A stretch of 64,000 nucleotides of DNA from Felis catus. Its lineage: Eukaryota. Both the position numbers and the translations under genes were made by a program. Where the stretch lies: positions 124,374,001 to 124,438,000 of the forward strand of contig NC_058368.1 in assembly GCF_018350175.1 (NCBI RefSeq). The letters run 5' to 3'. This document shows positions 23,914 through 36,697 of this stretch, piece after piece; the first letter of the stretch is position 1; the number at the start of each line of letters is the position of its first letter. The notes beneath the pieces are model-generated. The model saw nothing but the letters and a program-made list of their open reading frames with translations, searched no databases and was not told the DNA's origin.

Positions 23914-25890
23914 TGTATGTCTGTGCATGCCAGTCTAAGGTTTGCTTTTCCATTGTCGTAATAGTGTCATTTATTAAATGGAATTTCTGAATTTACTATC
24001 TGAATTAAATTAAAATTAAATTTCTGAATTTAAATATCTGAATTTAACTAAATCCAAATTATCAGTATTGCCTTTGTCCTGTTTAAAAACGTGTGACCTC
24101 CCCTGAGGTCCTGAAGATATTTCCTGTGTTTTCTTCTACATGTTTTGTTGTTTTACTTTGCACCTTTGGGTATATGATCCATCTTGCATTAATTTTTGTG
24201 TATTGTTTGAGGTATTTTTTTCCCATTTGAGCCAGCACTATTTATTGAAAAGACTGTCCATCCTTCCACTGAATTGCTGTGGTGTCATTGTCATGAATGA
24301 ATTGATTCATCATATGGGTGTGGATCTGTTAAACTCTATTCTACTAGTCTATTCCATCATCTACTGTCTATTCTTATATTAATACCACACTTTTAATTAC
24401 GCTACCTTTGATATCTGGTTTTATTTTTCTCCTTAAAGATTGCCTTGATTATTCTAGATCCTTTGTATTTCTGTGTACATATTACAAATAGCCTGTCAAT
24501 TTCCACCAATTAAAAATGATGCTAAGATTTTCACTGGGATTGCACTGAGTCTAGAGATGAACATGGAGAGAACTCATATCTTAATGTTACATCCTTGAAT
24601 CCCATGTTCATAGTATAGTCTTTCATTTATTTAGGTCTTCTTTTACTTTTCTCAGTATATATATATTTTTAATTTCTTTTTAACATTTATCTTTGAGAAA
24701 GAGAGAGACAGAGCACCAGCAGGGGAGGGGCAGAGAGACATGGAGACACAGAATCTGAAGCAGGCTCCAGGCTCTGAGCTGTCAGCACAGAGCCTGACAC
24801 GGGGCTCAAACCTACACACAATGAGATCATGACCTGAGCTGAAGTTGGATGGTCAACTGACTGAGCCACCCAGACGTCCCCATATCTGTGGTTTTAAGTG
24901 TAGAAGTACTGTGTATCTTTCATTAGATCTCTTCTGCATAATTGAAGTTTTTGGTGCTTTTAAAATTTTACTCTCTAATCGTTTGCTTCTTTTTAAAAAT
25001 AGATTTATTTCTTTGTTGAAACTCTCCAACTTATCTTCTGTGCTGGCTACCACTTCCTACATTTTCTTGAATATATTTATCATGATTATTTTAAACTACC
25101 TGTGGGTTAATATCAGTATTTGAATCACCTATAAATCTTTTTCTATTACCCATATTTTTCACTTGGATTTCAGTACTTTGATCCTTTTAATTTTTATTAT
25201 ATTTTCACCAACACCAAAATTTTTGGTTAAATGCCAGATGTCATCAATGAAAAATTATAAAGACTTGAAATGATGTTATCTTCTTCCAAGGTTAAGTTTT
25301 CTTCTGCAGGTTTGTAGTCAAGATCTTGAGAAAACTTGATTTTATGCTTTTTGGGGGGCTAGTCTAGTTTGTTTTTTTCCTATTCCTATGGATTGGTCCT
25401 TATTCCTATGGTATGGATCTTATTCTTAAGGCATGACGCTAAGGTTTCAATTCGAAGCCTGGGATTTATACCAAGCTTTCTCCATCTTAGTAAGGCTTTA
25501 ATTATGACTTCTGCCTCCCCAATAGTATTGAATTCTCTGATCAGCACTTTAGCTACCCAGCTTTAGGGAAATGTGTATGCAGAATTTCAGTCTCCTTCTC
25601 TGCTGGCCTTCCTCCTCTAGGACTTTGCTCCCCAAGTAGCAAGCTTCAAGCTACTCCAAACTCTGACTTCTGCCTCTTTAGCCCAATAAGACCACTGTTG
25701 TATATCCTTGTTCTGCAACTTGTAAATGTCTTTAGAAAAATATCTGGGAAGAATGTGGAACTCATGTCATGGGCTTTTCTTCAAGTATGGTCTGTTTTTG
25801 TGCCTTCAAACAATTGGTTTAAGTATTTTGTGCAATGTTTAGGTTGTTTTCAAAGACAGTGTTAGTATGATATCAATATTCCATGGTGTC
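23685..25890 (-). mobile_element. Degraded L1M, interrupted by (GT)n and a SINE
   Basis: Antisense L1 motifs gtggttttaatttgcattt, cagcactatttattgaaaagactgtcc, gggattgcactgagtctagagat. Confidence 0.75.
24665..24880 (-). mobile_element. CAN-SINE inside the L1
   Basis: Full reverse SINE body. Confidence 0.92.
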
Positions 25891-26371
25891 TGGGTCAGGC
25901 AGAACTATTTTTGTGGGAAAATGAAACAAAACTTGTACTACGTTTCTCAGATAGCATCAACTCATCTAAGATTGGAGGTCAGGGTGGGATGTAAGGAGAA
26001 ATAAGAAAAGATCAATCATTATTCATCAAGGATGAACCGTGCTGGAAAATGAAGCTTAGACAATGCATAAATGACTACCTAACCTTTGAAAACATGGTGA
26101 AAATTATATTTAAAAGATTAACCCTGATAATGAATCAAAACTCATACTGCTTCATACTCATTTTCAAAGGAAAAAAGATGAAACCACATATGGTTCTGTA
26201 ACTTTCCTCTGAAAATTGTTTTTAAAAATAAGTTTGTCATGTTTTTAGTTGGGCATATCCGCAGTGTTTAACACTGGTCAAAAGTAAAAGCATTTGTAAC
26301 CATAATTGTCCTAGAACTTTGTGATGAAAGTAATTTAGAGTAGCCAACTCTTAAGAATTTATGGCAACAAA

Positions 26372-26388
26372 GTTTTTTTAATGTTTGT

Positions 26389-26438
<50 letters not shown>

Positions 26439-26851
26439 TTTTTTTAACGTTTATTTATTTTTGAGACAGAGAGAGACAGAGCATGAACGGGGGAGGGGCA
26501 GAGAGAGAGGGAGACACAGAATCCGGAACAGGCTCCAGGCTTTGAGCGGTCAGCACAGAGCCCGACACAGGGCTCAAACTCACGGACCGCGAGATCGTGA
26601 CCTGAGCTGAAGTCGGACACTTAACCGACTGAGCCACCCAGGCCCCCCCAATGTTTATTTATTTTTAAGAGAGATAGAGAGACAGAGTGTGAGTGGGTGA
26701 GTGGCAGAGAGAGGGGAGCACAGAAACTGAAGCAGGCTCCAGGCTCTGAGCTGTTAGCACAGAGCCCGACACAGGGCTCAAACTGGGGAATAGTGAGATC
26801 ATGACCTAAGCCGAAGTCAGACGCTTAACTTACTGAGCCACCGAAGTGCCT
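26372..26851 (-). mobile_element. Two nested CAN-SINEs (inner about 26390-26648)
   Basis: Outer TSD atggcaacaaagtttt / atggcaagaaagtttt; the inner copy is flanked by aatgttt(g/a)tttatt and has a (TTTA)n tail. Confidence 0.92.
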
Positions 26852-27174
26852 CATGGCAAGAAAGTTTTAAAAGCAATGTAGGAAGGGTGAAGCAGAGAGG
26901 AAAAGACTAGATAGGATATTCCTAAGGAGGTGGGTTTCTCAGATCTGGAAGAGCACTGGTATAAAGAACAGGAATGGCTACAAGAGTCATCCCAGGGATG
27001 ATCCAGTCCAGCTTTCTCTGTCACCTCCCCTTCTAGTCAGAGGCACCAGAGTCCTGAGGCTGCCCCTGAACTCCTATGTGTGTCCAGAGGACCTCAACTG
27101 GGGGTGAGGAAATTAAGAGGTAGATCTGCTATTTGCTGGATGTATGAATTTTACCAAGTTACTTAATCCATCTG

Positions 27175-27625
27175 CTAAAGAGCTTTTGATTCCAAGTAAT
27201 AGAAACTAAGCCTCAAAGGCTTAAGAAGAATTCATTATCTCAAATCTATCTTAGAGTCTGAGGTAGAACTTCTTTAGGATTGGTAGATTCAATAGCTTGA
27301 TAACATCACCAAGAATCTAGGTTATTTCCATATTGCCACTCTGCCATCTTATGTACTGGTATTGTCTTTAGCCTTTTGGTTCCCTGAGTCATATCCAGAC
27401 ACAATACCTGAAGGAAGAAACCTCATCTCATGATTTATTGAACATAACTAGGTCTCTTGTTCCTGCCTAAGCCAATCTCCAGTAAGGAAAGTGGAATTCC
27501 TGTGACCAACTCCTCGATCTGTATATAAGCCAGAGCCACCTGGGGAGAGATGAGCATTTGAATAAAAGTGAATTCTGCCCACAAGGAAGAAGGTTATTAG
27601 GTAGATAACCACTGGTATCTACTAC
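27175..27625 (-). mobile_element. Old MaLR LTR (MLT1J/K-like)
   Basis: gcttttgattccaagtaatagaaac...ggcttaag start and ctctgccatctt motif; highly diverged. Confidence 0.55.
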
Positions 27626-27775
27626 GCTTGAATTTGCTGAGCCTTATTTTCTTTATCTGCAACATGAAGAAATAATAGTATTTGGCTTATAAGATTGTTA
27701 TAAAGGATTAAATGCAAAAATCCATGGGTTATTCCTCCAAAAATTCCTGTTAGGCTTGTATTCCCATATAACTTC

Positions 27776-28401
27776 TGAAACCATGTGCCATAGGGTTAAA
27801 GATTGAGACTAACAGAAAATTTAAAGATGGTCTTTCAGAGACTTGTTTCTCCTTAATCAGTTATTGTTTCTTTTTGGAGCCCACTAACAAATCCACTAGC
27901 TGTCTCCAAAGAGACCTGGACTGACACACATGAAGGTCACTGATATGAGTCTAGCCTATGAATAAGCTAGGCTCTGCATTCCTTCCCAAAGATAAGGAGT
28001 CCCAGACTCCATCCAGTTTATAACAACTTTTTTTTTTTTTTTTTAACATGTACATAGTCTTCTCCTAACAGATCACCTCCTGATGTCAGGGGCCAAATTT
28101 TGCCCCATTTTAATGTTAAGTCTCCAACCCAAAGTGAACATGGGTTGTATGTTACATATGTTTGCTCAGTGCAGATGCTCTATCTTTCCTCATGAATAGT
28201 CTTAAATTTCCACACCCTTTGTATATAATCCCAAACCCTATGACTATAAAACTTGTTCTAATCTTAGGGGAGGTGGATTTGAGGCCTGCCCTTCCATCTC
28301 CTCATTCAGCTGCCTCTCAGATAAACCCTTTCCTTGCTGCATACCTGCCTCAGTGATTGGCTTAGCTGCATGTCAGGCATACTAACTTGGGTTTGGTTAC
28401 G
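27776..28401 (+). mobile_element. ERV1-class solo LTR (MER34/MER39-like)
   Basis: Starts TG and ends CG (presumed mutated CA), flanked by 4-bp TSD cttc; internal aatgttaagtctccaacccaaagtgaacatggg, TATA-like tataaaa and ataaaccc. Confidence 0.75.
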
Positions 28402-28541
28402 CTTCTGTTCTATTGATAACTCCTCACAGCTACCATTTATTTTTGTCTTTATCAAAAAAACATTTTTATTTATTTATAAATAAGAAATAAATAAAATAAA
28501 TTTATTATAAATTCATTTATAAATAAAATAAAAATATATAT

Positions 28542-28647
28542 ATAGCTGTTAGCACAGAGTCTGACATGGGGCCCAAACCCATGTGCTATGAGATCACGAC
28601 CTGAGCTAAAGTTGGATGCTTAACGACTGAGCCTCCCAAGTGTCCCT
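28542..28647 (-). mobile_element. CAN-SINE 5' half with the CT-rich segment missing
   Basis: agctgttagcacagag...gactgagcctcccaagtgtccc joined directly to AT-only sequence. Confidence 0.85.
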
Positions 28648-28664
28648 GTTTTTATTTATTTATT

Positions 28665-28718
<54 letters not shown>

Positions 28719-28877
28719 CAGGGGAAGGGCAAAGATAGAGGGAGAGAAAATCCCAAGCAGGCTTCTCACTGTCAGCACAGAGCCCAATGTGGGGCTCAAT
28801 CCCATGAACCATGAGATCATGACGGGGGCTGAAACCAAGAGTTGGATGCTTAACTGACTGAGCCACCCAGGCACCCC
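28648..28877 (-). mobile_element. CAN-SINE
   Basis: Full body with expanded (GA)n. Confidence 0.93.
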
Positions 28878-28917
28878 TATTTTGATCTTGATGTCATATG
28901 CTACAATAGGTGCCATA

Positions 28918-28961
<44 letters not shown>

Positions 28962-29336
28962 CCAACCACCAAAAATGTATTCATGCATTCTTTTCATTCA
29001 TTCAACATATATTTGATTGCCAGTAATCTCACTTTACAGACAATGAAACAGGTTTAGAGAGGCTGACTAATATCTTTAAAGTGACCTAGCAAGTGAGTGG
29101 CCAAGTTAGATACGTGCTTAGGTCTCACTCCACAGCTTGCAGATCCTTTATGACTTCCTTTCCTGAAAGCCTCCTCAGGGTCTCATTTCTCCAAGTTTAA
29201 CCCATTAAAAAAGGGTGGCTGGGAGCAACTAACTGCAGCCTGTCAACTCACACTCTAAGGTACAAAGAAGAGAACACAGTCTTGTTAGATCCCACACCAG
29301 CCCCTCCCCTGGAGCTTCAGGTAATTCTGTTTGGTT

Positions 29337-29350
29337 CCAGCAGGTGGCAG
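29337..29350 (+). promoter_or_regulatory. CTCF binding motif
   Basis: CCAGCAGGTGGCAG matches the core CCASYAGRKGGCRS at all positions; an upstream-motif-like ggtaattct lies at the usual spacing; non-repeat context. Confidence 0.55.
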
Positions 29351-31164
29351 GTTGGTATCAGTCAACACTTGCCTCCTCTACTTCTACACAAGCAACTGAA
29401 GTGAGAATGACTTTCTTGGCAAACTGTAAAAATCAGACTCATCACTTTTTGGTCCCACTCTCTAGGAAGGACAGCTGGCTCTTGTCAGCTACTCTTGGGC
29501 ATGAAGCAAGAGATGAAATAAACTGCATGTGAATCAACCTTTTTACTTGAAAAAGTGCTCTCATTTTTATATGCACATTCATCCCACATCCAACAGATTT
29601 TTCTTAGAAAAATCTTAGAAAAAGCTCAGAACAGATTTTTCACCTATCGTTATCGACTGTATTGTTTTATCACTTAAATGCTGTGAGCTCCCTAAAGTGG
29701 TGGGTAGAGTTCCTTGTCTTTGGACACCCAACATCAGATACACAGGTGTATAGTGACTACTCAGTCAACATTCGCAGAGTGTTTGTGAATGTCTTGGAGT
29801 GGGGTGATCTGGGTTTGAGTTATTTGGGATGTCCTTAGTAAGTCATGTGCTCTCTGAGCCTCAGTTTTCCCATTGGTAACAGACGGTGATGATGTTGATG
29901 ACAATGATATTGGTGGTGATGATGATAATTCCTAAGCCCACTTGGTATGACAGTGACAGGTTTATGAAAAGGACTTAATAAAGTACTGACAGAGATAGTT
30001 TTTGGCTTTTAGGTGAATGTGCCAAAGTTGCACATTATACTAGTGGTTGTCACTCCCTGATAGGGGTTAGAATATAAAATGCCCGGAGCCAGAATTTAGA
30101 CAGATCCCACTGGGGACATCTTATCTCCAGTTGTCATTTCCTGCCCACAGCTCCAGTATTACCTTTGTCACCTCACATGGAGAATCACTGAAGTGCTTTA
30201 CTTATTGTCTGTCTTGATTCCAATTCTACCTTTTCCAACACTAGTTTCTAAAGGTGTTATTCAAGGAGGTCCTTCCGTGACCTGCCTTCCATCTGCTTTT
30301 CCCAAGCGACCATTTTCCACTCATTCATGTACATGCACAAAGCGTCCACAGCAGGCAGCAAGTTCATTCCTGGAAGCCTACCCTGCCTTGAGCATCTTCA
30401 GTTCTCTGCCTGTGTGAATGCTCTCACTCCCTCTTCTTCTCCACATTATCCCCTGAACCACACTCATCCCTCGACCCTTCTTCCAAGAAGGTTTCCTCTA
30501 GCCCACACTGATCTCCTACCTTAGAACCCTGAATGTTCTCATGAGACAGTACAGATCACTGGATACTGGAGGACATAGTCTTGATTGTCACACAGCCTGC
30601 AATCAAATCCGGGCAAGTTATTTAAACTTTGTGTGCCTCAGTTTCTTTATTCTCAAAATGAAAATAATAATAATATCTACCTCATAAAGATGTTTTGGGG
30701 ATTTAATGAGAAAATGTATACAAAGCATTTAGCGCAGTGTTTGGAAAAGTGTAAGCATTCAATACATAGTATTTTATTATTATTACCACTATTACCATTA
30801 AATAGATTACTTGATATTCCTTATTGCATTTTTGGATCATGTCACCTCTTCATAGTAGGTCAGTCAGCCTCCTCTATTCAAGGACCATATTTTGTGTTTA
30901 TTTGTAACCCTTGCATTGCCTTGTGAACTCCCTGAACATGATAAATATGCCACAGCTCTTTATTGGTCAGTTTTCGCTACTATTAAGCAATAAAACTTAC
31001 CCTCAAGTTAATTTTTAGCAAAGCCACATAGACACTGGTTGAAGATTCCATTGAAACATGCCAGGAATCTTTACAAAGTTTTCTTATCATTAGACATTGG
31101 CCATTCAAAATTCAGAGAGTAGTATGTATGACTATAACATACATTTTATTAAGTCAAAGAGATT

Positions 31165-31598
31165 ACTTTTTTGAGAGAGAAAGAGAAAGACAGTCAATGT
31201 GTGCACATGCATGCAGGGAATGAGCAGAGGCAGAGGGAGAGAGAGAGAATCTTTTTTTTTTCATAATTTTTTTAACATTTATTTTTGAAAGACAGAGAGA
31301 AACAGAGGGTGAGCAGGGGAGAGGCAGAGAGAGAGGAAGACAAAGAATCTGAAGCAGGCTCCGGGCTTATCAGCACAGAGCCCAATGCGGGGCTTGAACC
31401 CACAAACCACAAGATCATGACCTGAGCCAAAGTCAGATGCTTAACTGACTGAGCCGTCCAGGTGCCCCAAGAGAATCTTAGGCAGACTCCATATGCAGCA
31501 TGGAGCTTGACGTGGGTTTGATCCCATGACCGTGAGATCATGACCTGAACCAAAATCAAGAGTGGGATGCCTAACCAACTAAGCCATCCAGGCGCCCC
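31165..31598 (-). mobile_element. Two nested CAN-SINEs (inner about 31253-31468)
   Basis: Outer TSD gattacttttt; inner TSD gagaatctt splits the outer body. Confidence 0.92.
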
Positions 31599-33160
31599 AA
31601 GATTACTTTTTATACAGTTTGGGGATTATCTACAGGATAGGAAGAAATGGAACAGAGAAATGTGACAGGTGACAAAATAATACCCATAAAGAATAGGACA
31701 TTTATGAAGTTTATCAACTATAATGAGCTTGAGCCAGTCTCTGATCTCCCAAATATCTCTGCTCCACACCCCAACTCTGTGTTGTTTGATGATGATGATG
31801 ATGATGATGATGAGTAATGGCCCAGGTCCAGGATTCTGCTGCTTTCTCCTTTTGTTTTTATGATTCTCAAAAGAAGGGCTAACCTGCTTTCTCTCTCTTT
31901 GCCAGGGGTGGATGTAGTTGCAAAGCTCTTCTCAGTCCCAAATAAAGATTATTTTACCTGTGGTCCCAGGAGATTTAGCTCTATTTCTCAAGCCTTTTGT
32001 ATGTGTGCTGGGAAACCCTCGGGTGAAATGTCACTTCTCTGGAGAGTTAGGGGATCTTTCACCACTTTAGAGAAGCCTAATCTCACATTGGGTGTGAGCC
32101 TTACCCTGGGGCCCTCTGCTGGCCATGAGAAACAAGAGCAAACAGCAATTCTTTAGGACAAGGAACCCTGAATTTTGTATTGAAAGTAATACAGAGAGAG
32201 CCAAGAATTTTCCTGTTCATCAGGGCCATCACAACTTGGGTTATGAAAATAAAATGGTGGGAGAAGAGTAAGCTAGAAATAGCAATACAAATCTCCTTCT
32301 AAAAAGAGGATTAACAACTGGATTCGGGTCTCAGTTCAAAAGTTGAAATTAATTTAATACATAGTGCTAAAAAATATCTCCCACAGGGAATACCTGTAAT
32401 GTACAAATGTTTTGTTTTCAGTGCAGGCTCAGTAATTAGTAGAGATTGCTAAATTGGCTTGAGCAAACCCACTGGAAAGCATGTTCCTTACCCAGTAACA
32501 CGCTGCTTTTCCCTGGGCTTATTTTAACTCATGCACCAGATTACCAAGGTATCATGGTGACAGATGCCATAGAAATACCAAAACGAATGGACAGAATCAG
32601 ACACTCAAATACGTTCAATAGGCAGGGCTTTCTGATTACAGAATGGGCTTTGTGGCCCACTGGCCCAAGCTTTCATTAACAGCCCTTGCCCTGGCTCCCT
32701 ACAGAGATTTACAGCCTGGACTGTGCCTGTTTTGTTGCTGTGGCCAGTGCTTTTGCTCTACCACAGGCACCATAGGAGAACATGGGCCCAGGTGCCAACC
32801 CAGCTGAAGGGCTTCTCATAAACAAAGAAGCAACACCTGGTGTTTGTCACCCAAAGGGCCAGAGCAAGAGAAACCAAAACCAACCGCAAATGTGACAACC
32901 TCAAACCTTCTCTTGGCTTATTTTCTGATCAAATGAAATATAATCCATATACAGAATAATGTTAGTAGACATTTCTACCACTCCAGAGGAGAAATAGATG
33001 AAGAGTTTGAACAATTTAAAGAAAACCAATGAGAGATAGATGTCACCATGTAGGAAATACTGACAACACGGCAGAAAATAAATCGGTCAGGCCACCCCTG
33101 AAGAGTCATGTGCAGTTAGGGACAGGGCAGTGTTTGGAAGAGCCTTGGCCATCCCCAAGA

Positions 33161-33192
33161 TGCAACACATGCCAGCAGCCAGTGGGGGTCAG
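33161..33192 (+). promoter_or_regulatory. CTCF-like motif with upstream module
   Basis: TGCAACACA-N6-CAG-CCAGTGGGGGTCAG: core 12/14 plus a TGCA upstream motif at the long spacing. Confidence 0.35.
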
Positions 33193-33719
33193 AGGTACTC
33201 TATGTCTGAGAAAGAGAGAGAGCCCGAGGCTGAGTCCGTCTACTGCTTGGCACGTTTAACCTCAAGATGGACAAATCTTGCTAATAGGAACTCAGCAGGA
33301 AGTCCCTGTGAGTCCACACTTCTCTTCAGGAAGAGCAGGACCATGAAAACATAGGAGGCAGCTGATCTCAGATGCTTTACCATAAAGATTAATTCTGACT
33401 TCAAAGCAATTTGCTTATTTTACATTTTCTTGCAGCAATAACCCTCCTGCTGCTTAGTAGATGCAGGGTGGTCATTGTTCTCAGAGTCAAACATGTAAAC
33501 ACACTGAAGCAAGGACTCTATTCTACATCCCTCACTCTATCTCTTCAGAGCACAGGACTTCCCTTCTAATAACTTTTCCTTGTAAGTCAGTGGCAGTTTG
33601 AAGACAATGCTTAAGTGGATGGGTAGGTCTAACTGGTTTGTAGGTTGCACAGGCATCCATGATGGAGGTGCTTATGCAACCTCAGGAGAGCCAATTGGGT
33701 ACATCCCTCTACCACCTAG

Positions 33720-33847
33720 TTGAGTGGTGTGTGTTGGTAGCTTAACATTGGTCATGGTGAGAGTATTTACAGAAATGAGCAAATGCTGCAAATCAGGGCT
33801 CTTTCTCCTAGAAAGCTGACTTTGTTAAACATGTAAGCACACCAATG
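33720..33847. mobile_element. MER63-like hAT fossil
   Basis: attggtcatggtgagagtatttac...gcaaatgctgcaaatcagggct...gttaaacat...gcacacca. Confidence 0.6.
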
Positions 33848-34619
33848 ATTCCAGGGGAGGTTTAAGAGTAAATCATTTAGCACTATCATCTATCACGCAC
33901 AGACCAGAAAGCATCTAGTAAAGAGAAAAAAGAACGATATCTGATTAGCCTAGAAGATCTTCCAGTATGAACCATTCCTGAAACTACAGTCAACAATTCC
34001 ATAAAGAATTCCTTTCGAGGACTAGCAAGAAATTAAATAACATATTCCTAAATAATTTTTAACTGTTGAATTGCAATACTAAGACCCATGACCCCATGTA
34101 TGCTTTTTCCCTTTCTAACTTTGGGCCTTGGGGAAAATGTAAGCCTCCTTAGAAAGTCTATAACATACATTTTATGGTTTCAATCTGGAAGACAACAGGG
34201 GTCACCTTTCTCTTTTGTGGCACACGAGGAGCCATAGAACAATGGCTTATGTTATACATGTATTGTACAACTTATAGATTTAAACCCACAAAGTAGTCAG
34301 CTTTTCTTAGAGAAAACACTCTTTCACAGGCATGGACTAACTTTCACCTTCGCCAATCATCAAAATTGCCTGAAGAAACACATTCAAAACGTCTGTTGTG
34401 CCATAATTTTGTAGCATTTTCTACAAAAGACTTATGTCCAGGCTATTAGTTCATAGTCTGTATTTTTATCATTGTAATCAAATGTCTAAATGAGAGTATT
34501 GGCCTGATAGGGTCCTGGCAACTTAATGAAGATGGCCTAACAGGGGTGGCAGCTCACTGGGTTTGGGAGATAGATTAAAAGTAGGGGATAAAGAGGATTT
34601 TAGAAAATAAGTGAATGTA

Positions 34620-35665
34620 ATAAAGTGATGAAAACGAAGTTTCTCACTAGAGAAGGGAGTAATAAATATAGAAAGGGAGAAAGCTGGAATGAGTCACGTT
34701 GCATAGAGTTAGAATTGGAAGTTCAGTGCAAACTTAGAGTTCTCAATATGTAGAATTAGATGCAGAAAGAAATAGTGATGTACATTCTATGTATGTATGC
34801 AAACACCTCTATATCTCCATATGTGTGCATATACATACACATGTATACCACATACATAAATACATGTATTTCCTAGCTCTATCCCTGAGAGCTTGGGGGT
34901 AGGAAAACCCCAATAATGAAGAGTCTACCTAGAGCCCAGATCCTGGTTTCTAAACACCAGCCTCCACTAAAAGGGAACAGCTTTGATGCCAGGGCTGGAA
35001 CAGGAAAAATATAACATGTTTAGAACATCTCATAATTCCAGAAAATAATCAAAGAGTAATGGAGACATGTCCAAGGGACACAGAAGACAGAAGGGGTGCC
35101 AAATGGTCCAATTTGGGATGATTTGATATAAATGAAATCATAGCATCAGATTAAGTCCCATTAACTAAAATGGGCATCCATTAGTTTTTCCTAATATCAA
35201 TATGTAAATGAACATGTAAGGGGAAAAGAATAATCTTCCCTGTAGTACAATACCAACTAATAATGTTCAAGAAACTATGGAATTAGAAAAGCACAGTTTG
35301 AGACCCATAGTGATCATTATTTTAGGCAAAAATTATCAAAAAGATTCTAAAACTAGTGGGTAAAAGTTGGGTGAAGAATGGAGCATTTACATAGCCTTAA
35401 AATATTTCCCACAAAACCCTTATTAATTGCAAAGGAAAAAAAGAGTAATCTTATAGTAGAGAACCTTTGTAGACACCATGCTACTCAAGAGCTCAAAGTT
35501 TACTTCACCACTAATAGGATAAACCAAGATCATGTGTCATATTATGGGATGCCATGAAAATACATCATCACATCTGTGATATTCCTGCCCCAAATGCATA
35601 ATCTCACTTTAATTTAATCATGAGGAAGCAGAAAACAAATCCAAATTGAGCCATTTCCTTGAAAC
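34620..35665 (+). mobile_element. Old L1MC-type 3' region
   Basis: gtttctcact...aaatatagaaagggagaaagct, tcctggtttctaaacacca and atattcctgccccaaatgcataatct motifs. Confidence 0.7.
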
Positions 35666-35667
35666 AA

Positions 35668-35709
35668 ATCTCCTCAAAGGGTATTTGTGCATGCAGGTGC
35701 ATGAGCACA

Positions 35710-35741
<32 letters not shown>

Positions 35742-35783
35742 TTCTATTGGTTCTGTTTCTCTGGAAAATCCTGTCTGATAACA
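35668..35783 (+). mobile_element. MLT2 (ERVL) LTR 3' end with (CA)n
   Basis: (CA)n followed by ctattggttctgtttctctggaaaatcct. Confidence 0.7.
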
Positions 35784-35900
35784 GTAACAATTTTGGATTC
35801 AGAAGCTTTTGATAATTCAGGTGGCTAATTTTAAGTCTTTGCTCAAATATCACATTCTCAGACAGGCCTATTCTGATCACCATATTAAAAATGAAAATTA

Positions 35901-36107
35901 GAGGCACGTGGGTTGCTCAGTTGGTTAAGTGTCCGACTGTTGGTTTTGGCTCAGGTCGTGATCTCATAGTTTGTGGGTTCAAGCCCCACATTGGGCTCTG
36001 TGCTCAGTGTGGAGCCTGCTTTGGATTCTCTCTCTCCCTCTTTACCCCTTCCCTGCTTGTGTTCTCTCTCTCTCTCTCTCTCTCAAGGTAAATAAATAAA
36101 CATTAAA
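35901..36107 (+). mobile_element. CAN-SINE
   Basis: Full body; TSD aa(a/g)atgaaaatta. Confidence 0.92.
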
Positions 36108-36259
36108 AGATGAAAATTAATTATCTCTCTATTCCATATTCCTGATCCCCTGACCCCACTCTATTTTCTCCCATAGCAATGTCACTTTTCACATACTGTG
36201 TTACTATCATGTTTATTTTCTATCTCCCTGATCCAGTGTATAAACTTCACAATGGCAGG

Positions 36260-36697
36260 TGTTGTGGGAAAAGTTCCCTGGGAAAAACTCTGAGGTGGAG
36301 ATTTGTGCACAGGATGCTTATGGGGGTGGGTAATGCTCCCAGGAACAGCAGCCATAAGGGACTGAGGAAACAGGACTGGGCAGAGTGTGTAGTGCAGCTG
36401 AACACAGGTCTCAGCTGATCCCAAGGGGAGCTCTGAAGATGGGGTAGTGCCTCGGCCTGTCCTGAATTGAGACAAAAGGGGCTGGGCCTCTGTATCCCCA
36501 CAGCAGCCAGTCATTGGACACAGGGTGCACCAGGGAAGAGGCATTACCTTGGGTAACACAGCTCCTTGTGGCCAAGGGCAGATCCTAGGAGGAGTCAGTC
36601 ATGGGTCAGCAGCCAGCAACACTCCTGGCAGCTGGGGAATGGGCAGAGTGATCCTGAATGGGGGATCTGGGTGGTGCACCCCAGCAGCAGCCACTAG
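36260..36697 (-). mobile_element. ERVL LTR (LTR16-like)
   Basis: actctgaggtggagatttgtgcacagg...caggactgggcagag...cagccagtcattgga...gggggatctgggtggtgcacc. Confidence 0.75.
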
